In this document: positions 58,187-64,000 of the stretch, piece after piece
Position numbering within the stretch: position 1 is the stretch's first letter
Layout: the number at the start of each line of letters is the position of its first letter
Source: an uncultured archaeon
GTDB taxonomy: Archaea > Thermoproteota > Nitrososphaeria > Nitrososphaerales > Gagatemarchaeaceae
DNA: 64,000 bases
NCBI GenBank assembly: GCA_963817525.1
Contig: CAWFOU010000007.1
Span: forward strand, 1,152,001-1,216,000
Reading direction: 5' to 3'
Translations under genes and position numbers: made by a program
Notes under the pieces: model-generated
What the model saw: the letters and a program-made list of their open reading frames with translations, nothing else
Told to the model about the DNA's origin: nothing
The model's database searches: none

Positions 58187-58635
58187 GCTCGGAGCCCTCA
58201 ACCACGGTCTCGAAGGTCGAGGTGAGGTGGGTGGAGGACGACGTCTTCCTGGGGAGCGACGAGAACGGCCACTCCGTGGTCTTCGACTCCAACATCGCGT
58301 CGCCCACGAAGGGGCGGGCCAAGGGGATCGGCCCCATGACCGCTCTCCTGACGTCCCTGGGCGCCTGCTCGGGGATGGACGTCGCCGCCATCCTCCAGAA
58401 GCGCAAGCAGAAGCTTCGCTCCCTTAGCGTCGAGGTCTCCGGCACGCGGCCGCAGTTCGGGAACCCGAAGCCCTTCACCGAGATCCACCTGAGGTACCTC
58501 GTCGGGGGACCTGAGATAGAGGAGAAGTACGTGAAGGAGGCGGTCACCGACAGCATCACCAAGTTCTGCAGCGTGGCCGCCACCATCGACGGCAAGGCGA
58601 AGATCAGCTACTCTTACGAGATAGCCCGGGCCTAG
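58183..58635 (+). CDS. OsmC family protein
   Basis: LGACSGMDV and KFCSVA. Confidence 0.9.
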   Translation: MSSEPSTTVSKVEVRWVEDDVFLGSDENGHSVVFDSNIASPTKGRAKGIGPMTALLTSLGACSGMDVAAILQKRKQKLRSLSVEVSGTRPQFGNPKPFTEIHLRYLVGGPEIEEKYVKEAVTDSITKFCSVAATIDGKAKISYSYEIARA

Positions 58636-59663
58636 ACGGTCAGCACGATCTTCCCAAAGTGCTCGCTCTTCTCCATCCTGACCTGCGCATCGCTCGCCCT
58701 GCTAAGCGGCATCGCAAAGTCCACGACGGGCCTTATCCTCCTCTGCCTGAAGAGTTCCAGGACCTTCAGGAGCTCCCCGCTACCGCCCATGTAGCTCCCG
58801 AATATCGTCACCTCCCTCGCGAAGACGTACCTGATGTCCGTCACCGCGTCGTACCCGGTCGTCGCCCCGCAGGTCACTATCCTCCCACCCTTCGCTACCG
58901 ACCTCAGGCTCTCTTCCCACGTCGCCTTGCCCGGGTGTTCCACGACCACGTCCACCCCCCTCCCCTCGGTGTACTTCCTTGCCTCCTCGGAGACCTTGGC
59001 CTTGTTGTGGTTCACCGTGTGGTCCGCACCGAGCTCCACCGCCTTCGCGAGCTTGGAGTCGGTCCCCGCGCTGGCGACCACGTTCGCGTTGTACGCCTTT
59101 GCAATCTGGATGGCCGCGATGCCGACCCCGGAGCCGGCCCCGTGGACGAGTACGGTCTCGCCGGGCTGGACCCTCGCCTTGGTGACCAGCATGTGGTACG
59201 CCGTCAGGAAGACGAGTGGGACCGAGGCTGCCTGGACGAAGTCCATCCTGTCAGGCTTTGGCAGGACGTTCCTCGTGGGGACGACGACGAGCTCCGCGTA
59301 TCCCCCGTCCACAGTGTTCCCGATTATCGCGTAACTGCGGCACTGGTTGTCCATCCCGCTCAGGCACTTGTCGCACCTGCCGCACCCCACGCCGGGGCTC
59401 ACGATGACCTCCATCCCCTTCCGCAGTTCCTTCTCGTGGGAGGGGACCTCCTCGACCACCCCCGCGATGTCGCACCCCGGGATGTGCGGGAGGGGCGGAC
59501 TAGAGTACGGTGGCCCTATCCGCCCCCAGATGTCGAGGTGGTTAAGGGCGCACGCCTTGACCCGGATCAGCGTCTGGTCCGGGCTGCTCAGGACCGGGTC
59601 GGGCGCGTCCTCGTACTGGAGGACCTCGGGCCCCCCGTGCTGGTGGAATCTCACTGCCTTCAT
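58632..59663 (-). CDS. Zinc-binding (MDR) alcohol dehydrogenase/quinone reductase
   Basis: ALNHLD, CGRCDKCLSG..NQC, GAGSGVG and FGKIVL. Confidence 0.93.
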   Translation of the reverse strand: MKAVRFHQHGGPEVLQYEDAPDPVLSSPDQTLIRVKACALNHLDIWGRIGPPYSSPPLPHIPGCDIAGVVEEVPSHEKELRKGMEVIVSPGVGCGRCDKCLSGMDNQCRSYAIIGNTVDGGYAELVVVPTRNVLPKPDRMDFVQAASVPLVFLTAYHMLVTKARVQPGETVLVHGAGSGVGIAAIQIAKAYNANVVASAGTDSKLAKAVELGADHTVNHNKAKVSEEARKYTEGRGVDVVVEHPGKATWEESLRSVAKGGRIVTCGATTGYDAVTDIRYVFAREVTIFGSYMGGSGELLKVLELFRQRRIRPVVDFAMPLSRASDAQVRMEKSEHFGKIVLTV

Positions 59664-60018
59664 GCGTCTCCGTTGTTAGAAGCATGACTATTTAGGACAT
59701 GGCTCCCTTGGGCGTTGGCGCGTTCCTCGGTCCCACCTGCTACGGCCGTGTCGACCACATGTCCGTGCCACAGATATTCATCCCTCACGAGGCTCCAAGG
59801 GGCCTCCCTCACTGACAACGGTCGTACGCAAAGGCGTACGACGCGGCAGGCTACGGCCAACTGCTATCAGAAGCGATTACTGTTGAAAACTCTTGCCGAC
59901 CTCTCTCTTATCATGCGCGAGGGAGAAAACCCACGTGCTACAGCAGTTGCATGAAAGGCCAGCGACGTGCATGGGTGGCTAAATATGGTCTCGCTATCTC
60001 TATGCCGTGTTTCGGCAC

Positions 60019-60169
60019 GTAGGGCAGGGCATGCCGGAACTCAAGCCCGCGGAGACCAAGGCCTCTGCGATTCAGACCACTGGAGAGTAAGCCAGGTCGA
60101 TGAAGCAGGAACTATACGCGCTGCAACAGGCGCTGGAAGCCCACGGATTCATTCGTGGGAGGATGTCAC
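60019..60169 (+). mobile_element. IS200/IS605-family TnpB C-terminal tail and right end (omegaRNA-scaffold-like remnant)
   Basis: Translates as VGQGMPELKPAE...SMKQE...EAHG with an internal stop. It ends in the hairpin gaagCCCACGGAttcaTTCGTGGG followed by aggatgTCAC. Confidence 0.72.
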
Positions 60170-60191
60170 ACGACCTATCGTTGCCGGGCCG

Positions 60192-60758
60192 TCACGTCGG
60201 CGGGCGCAGGCGAGTGAAGAGGAGGCCGAGGGCGAACCCCCCGGCCACGCCGAAGATGTGCGCAAAGTCGTTGACCCCGGGCCCCGCGCTCGCGATCAAA
60301 AGGAAGACCGCGTAGAAGAGCGCGATGATTATGTTCCCCAGGTTGTGGTTCCTCGCCGCATACGACCCTATCAGCCCGAAGATGGCCCCCGACGCGCCCC
60401 CAGTCTGGACGAAGGGCGGGATGAGGAAGAGCGAGACCGCGTTCCCGAGGAGCCCCGACGCGAAGTAGACCGCAAGGTACTCGCCCCTCGAGTACGAGAT
60501 CTCGTTCAGCCTCCCGAAGTAGTAGAGCCCTATCATGTTGAACCCAATGTGGAGTATGTCGAAGTGCACGAACATCGCCGTAAAGACCTGCCAGTACGCC
60601 CCGGCGAAGAACGTGTTACCGGTCTGCGCCAGCGCCGAGTAGACGGGCTCTCCCCCGACCTGGAGCACGATGTAGACCGCGATGTTCGCAGCCATGAGCG
60701 AGTACGTCACGGCCATCGAGTACTTCTGCCCGTACTGCATCGGGGACGGGAACATCAA
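60192..60758 (-). CDS. Rhomboid family intramembrane serine protease
   Basis: FVH...HIGFNM, GASGAIFG and AHIFG. Confidence 0.93.
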   Translation of the reverse strand: MMFPSPMQYGQKYSMAVTYSLMAANIAVYIVLQVGGEPVYSALAQTGNTFFAGAYWQVFTAMFVHFDILHIGFNMIGLYYFGRLNEISYSRGEYLAVYFASGLLGNAVSLFLIPPFVQTGGASGAIFGLIGSYAARNHNLGNIIIALFYAVFLLIASAGPGVNDFAHIFGVAGGFALGLLFTRLRPPT

Positions 60759-60871
60759 CGGGCCTTCAGCCGGCAGGCCCGTGTTTCCTTAAAGCTTGGG
60801 ATTGCATAATACTTTCACTCCACTCTCCCAATCACGGTTATATACGAACGGCACCGAATTTTTCTTCTACG

Positions 60872-63091
60872 ATGAGCTTCCACCACTCTCTCTTCAAGAA
60901 CGAGAGCGTGCTCGTCCCCGAGTACGTCCCCTCGACGACCCCGCACAGGGGCGTCCAGATGAGGGAGCTCGAAGCCTACTTCCAGGGCGTGGCGGAGCGC
61001 TCCCAGAGCGTCAGCCAGAACGTCCTGCTGCACGGGCCTGTCGGATGTCACAGAAAAGGGCAGCTGGTTTTGATGTTTGACGGCTCGCTCAAACATGTGG
61101 AAGACGTATCTAAAGGGGACCTGTTGATGGGTCCAGACAGTGCGCCAAGAAAAGTGCTCGAGACAGTACACGGCTTTGGAAAGATGGTCAAAGTCCGACC
61201 GACCAAAGGAAAACCATTTGTAGTCTCAGAAGACCACATTCTGACAATTATACAAACGCGCTTGAAGAAACATCCACGGAAACCATCTGAAGATACCGAA
61301 GGGATAATCAAAGATATCAGAGTAAGCGAATTGCTAAAGGTGGCAAAATGGCGTATTGGGCCAAAAGGACTCTACAAGTTGCTGAGGACTGGAGTGGACT
61401 TCCCTCAGATACCGATGGGACCAATCGACCCTTACTTTCTTGGGGTGTATCTAGGCGACGGTAGTAGTGCCAACGGCCTACACACCTTCACTTCAGCGGA
61501 TCCAGAAATCGTGACTGTCGTAAACAGCCAATCTGAAAAATACTTGTTGAAAATTCACCAGTATCCGGCAGGTCAAGCTCAAGAATATTATCTGACGCCA
61601 GGAAGGACTGGCGGACAAACACTGCGAAATGGGCTGGCTAGAGACCTCATGGCTTTAGGGCTATACAAGAAAACAGGCGAATCGAAATTCATTCCATCTC
61701 AGTATAAATTCGGATCAAGAAGTACGCGCCTAGAAGTTCTAGCTGGGATATTGGATACAGACGGTAATCTGGATAACGGATGCTACGATTACGTGTCAGA
61801 ATCAAAACAGCTCGCTGAAGATGTAGCATTTGTAGCTAGAAGCCTTGGGTTCTACGCTTTTCTCCGGGAGAAATATTCATACGACCAATTTGGCCATGGA
61901 GGTTTGTATTGGCGAGTCGGAATCTCGGGCAATGTATCCAAGATTCCTACTAAAGTTGCTAGAAAACAGGCGCTGCCACGAAGACAGAAGAAAAGCGTCC
62001 TTAGGACGGCCTTTACGCTAGAGCCTCTTGGGGAAGAAGAATACTTCGGTTTCAGAGTCGATGCTGATCAACGATATCTCTTGGATGATTTCACGGTAAC
62101 ACATAACTCCGGCAAGACCATGCTCGCGAAGAAGCTCGGCACGGCGCTTGAGAAGAAGGCCGCGGGCTACGGCAACCGCGTCATGTTCCTCCACGTCAAC
62201 TGCAGGATAGACAGGTCGCTGGTGGCGATATTCAACAAGGCGCTCCGGAGCCTGGGGCACACCTACCCGTCGAGGGGGCTCAGCTTCGAGGAGCTCCTCC
62301 AGGCGCTCTTCGAGGAGCTGAGGAGGGACAGGGTGCACATGCTGGTCGCCTTCGACGAGGCAGACGCCCTGGTCGAGTCCGACCCCTCTTCGCTCTACAC
62401 TATAACCAGGATCCGGGAGATATCGCCTGACGTCCAGGTCTTCTCCTCCCTCCTGATCTCCAAGACGCTCGACTACGTGAAGATGGTGGACCTGAGCACC
62501 CTGAGCTCGCTGCAGCGGAACGCGATATCGCTCGACCCGTACTCCGCCGAGCAGCTCTACGACATTCTCCTCTCCAGGAGCCAGCTGGCGTTCCGCGAGG
62601 GGTGCATCGACGACGAGTCGCTCCAGATGGCCGCAGACATCGCGAGCATGTACGGCGACGCGCGGTACGCCATCGACCTGATCCACAGGGCGGGCAACAA
62701 GGCCGAGGCGGCAGGCTCGGGCAAGGTCATGCCGGAGCACGTGAGGCTCGCGAAGGAGGGCCTGCCCCCGGAGTTCAGGAAGGAGGAGCTCGTCTACCTC
62801 GACAAGCACCAGCGCGTCATGCTGATGGCCATCTCCGGCGTGCTCAAGAAGAGCGACTCCGCGTTCGCGACCATCGGGGAGGTGGAGAAGAGCTACAACG
62901 CCCTGTGCGAGTCGATGGGCATAGCCCCGAACCACCACACCCAGGTCTGGAACGACATCAACGAGCTCGCTAGGAAGGGGATCATCGACGCCCAGCTCTC
63001 GGGCAAGGGGTTCAGGGGGAGGACCACGATGGTGGGGCTCTCCAGGGTCTCGGCCCAGCATCTTATCGAAGAGCTTCACAAAGAAGCCTGA
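60872..63091 (+). CDS. cdc6: Cdc6/Orc1 replication initiator, intein-containing
   Basis: F.NE.VL.PEYVP...PHR, spliced Walker A GPVG/SGKT, HVNC, FDEAD, GDARYAIDL and wHTH ending RGRTT. Confidence 0.95.
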   Translation: MSFHHSLFKNESVLVPEYVPSTTPHRGVQMRELEAYFQGVAERSQSVSQNVLLHGPVGCHRKGQLVLMFDGSLKHVEDVSKGDLLMGPDSAPRKVLETVHGFGKMVKVRPTKGKPFVVSEDHILTIIQTRLKKHPRKPSEDTEGIIKDIRVSELLKVAKWRIGPKGLYKLLRTGVDFPQIPMGPIDPYFLGVYLGDGSSANGLHTFTSADPEIVTVVNSQSEKYLLKIHQYPAGQAQEYYLTPGRTGGQTLRNGLARDLMALGLYKKTGESKFIPSQYKFGSRSTRLEVLAGILDTDGNLDNGCYDYVSESKQLAEDVAFVARSLGFYAFLREKYSYDQFGHGGLYWRVGISGNVSKIPTKVARKQALPRRQKKSVLRTAFTLEPLGEEEYFGFRVDADQRYLLDDFTVTHNSGKTMLAKKLGTALEKKAAGYGNRVMFLHVNCRIDRSLVAIFNKALRSLGHTYPSRGLSFEELLQALFEELRRDRVHMLVAFDEADALVESDPSSLYTITRIREISPDVQVFSSLLISKTLDYVKMVDLSTLSSLQRNAISLDPYSAEQLYDILLSRSQLAFREGCIDDESLQMAADIASMYGDARYAIDLIHRAGNKAEAAGSGKVMPEHVRLAKEGLPPEFRKEELVYLDKHQRVMLMAISGVLKKSDSAFATIGEVEKSYNALCESMGIAPNHHTQVWNDINELARKGIIDAQLSGKGFRGRTTMVGLSRVSAQHLIEELHKEA
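61046..62107 (+). mobile_element. Intein (354 aa) with LAGLIDADG homing endonuclease
   Basis: Begins CHRKGQLVLMFDGS, has block B SEDH, motifs FLGVYLGDG and LAGILDTDG, and ends VTHN/S; markedly AT-rich. Confidence 0.95.
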
Positions 63092-63103
63092 GGGGCGACC
63101 ACA

Positions 63104-63430
63104 ATGGCAGCAAGAAAGACCGCGCCGCTGGTCGAGGAGCTCTTCTCCTCACACGGGCGAGTGAAGATAATGGGCATCATGATGGAGAGCAACGAGCTCA
63201 ACATCTCGGAGATCACGCGCAGGTCAGGGATATCCCACTCCTCGGTGGAAGTCCACCTGGAGGCGCTGGTGGAGCGCGGACTTCTGACGGAGAAGAGGTT
63301 CAACAGGATAAGGATATTCAAGGTGAACCACTCGAACCCCTACACCAACGCGGTGGGCCGCTTCCTCTCCGAGTGGAGGTCCATCTCTTCGGAGTCGTCA
63401 GGTCAGGCGGTGGCGAGGGCCTTCAGCTAG
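63104..63430 (+). CDS. Winged-helix (ArsR-like) DNA-binding protein
   Basis: LFSSHGRVKI...ELNISEITRRSGISHSSV..HL. Confidence 0.85.
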   Translation: MAARKTAPLVEELFSSHGRVKIMGIMMESNELNISEITRRSGISHSSVEVHLEALVERGLLTEKRFNRIRIFKVNHSNPYTNAVGRFLSEWRSISSESSGQAVARAFS

Positions 63431-63437
63431 GGGGCGC

Positions 63438-63791
63438 TCAGGCCCTCAGGGCGACGTCGAAGGTCTTCGTGTACGCCCCGTAGACCGACTTTTCCGGAGC
63501 GTGGTCGGAGCAGAGGCACAGCGTCGAGACGCTCGCCCTGTCGCAGGACTCGAGGTAGGGGCACCCGGGGCACGCCACCTTCCCGCAAATGTAGCACCTC
63601 AAGGTCAGCTCCACCTCCTCTCCGGTCGCTGCCCTCAGCGTCCTCACGGCGGCCTGGAGGTCGGTCGCCGAGTCGAGCTTGAAGCCCATCGACTTGTCGT
63701 AGACGACCCCCTGCTTCATGAGGACGGCAAAGACGTCCCTCCCCAGCCTGGGGAGGTCGAACCAGCCCCCAACGAGTATCTTCTTCGCCAC
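63438..63791 (-). CDS. Cys-rich hypothetical protein
   Basis: CYICG...CPGCPY..C...CLC..H. Confidence 0.7.
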   Translation of the reverse strand: MAKKILVGGWFDLPRLGRDVFAVLMKQGVVYDKSMGFKLDSATDLQAAVRTLRAATGEEVELTLRCYICGKVACPGCPYLESCDRASVSTLCLCSDHAPEKSVYGAYTKTFDVALRA

Positions 63792-64000
63792 TACCTCGCC
63801 GCCTCCTTGGCCAGGAACCTGTCGAAGGACTCCAGGGAGTCGGGGTCGGCGTCGAGGCCGATGGCGCGCTCAAGGTCCTCCCTGAACTTCTTCTTGGAGC
63901 AGAGCGCGAAGACGTAGGGCAGGTCCTGGGAGCGCGCGCTCATCCCGCTCGTGTGGGCCTTCGCCGCGTACCTCAGGGATATCTCTCGCACCTTCTTCGA
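63791..64000 (-). CDS. Partial CDS (C-terminus; runs off the window)
   Basis: Open frame reaches the window edge; its stop overlaps the next start. Confidence 0.5.
   Translation of the reverse strand, partial: SKKVREISLRYAAKAHTSGMSARSQDLPYVFALCSKKKFREDLERAIGLDADPDSLESFDRFLAKEAAR

Noticed and set aside
60760-60871. Possible replication origin next to cdc6
   Set aside because: Short divergent promoter region; no recognisable repeated ORB elements or long AT-rich unwinding element

Overview
High-GC archaeal window, most consistent with a non-ammonia-oxidising Nitrososphaerota/TACK lineage. The evidence is an archaeal EF-2 starting MPKFKST, Cdc6/Orc1, a PAC2 chaperone, pilin-like class III signal peptides, and frequent TTG/GTG/CTG starts; the taxonomy is inferred, not searched. 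The first ~15 kb is an accessory lipid/terpenoid-modification-like island. It holds two GMC oxidoreductases, each paired with a paralogous membrane domain, plus a cytochrome P450 and a standalone PKS-type acyltransferase. It also holds two paralogous Gly-rich proteins and an operon of a two-domain putative lipid-binding protein, a single-domain class II terpene-cyclase-like protein and a nucleotidyltransferase-like protein. The remainder is mostly housekeeping and membrane genes (MFS transporters, EF-2, PEP synthase, AmmeMemoRadiSam trio, M20 deacylase, VIT1, OsmC, rhomboid, Cdc6). Notable mobile or odd elements are an intein splitting the CxxxCxxC motif of the radical SAM enzyme, a LAGLIDADG intein in the Cdc6 Walker A motif, a 37-bp duplication of the EF-2 3' end flanking an adenylate cyclase-TPR gene, and an orphan IS200/IS605 TnpB tail plus right end (omegaRNA-like) with no nuclease gene. 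Several microproteins fall below the ORF-track cutoff. No rRNA, tRNA or CRISPR array was found.
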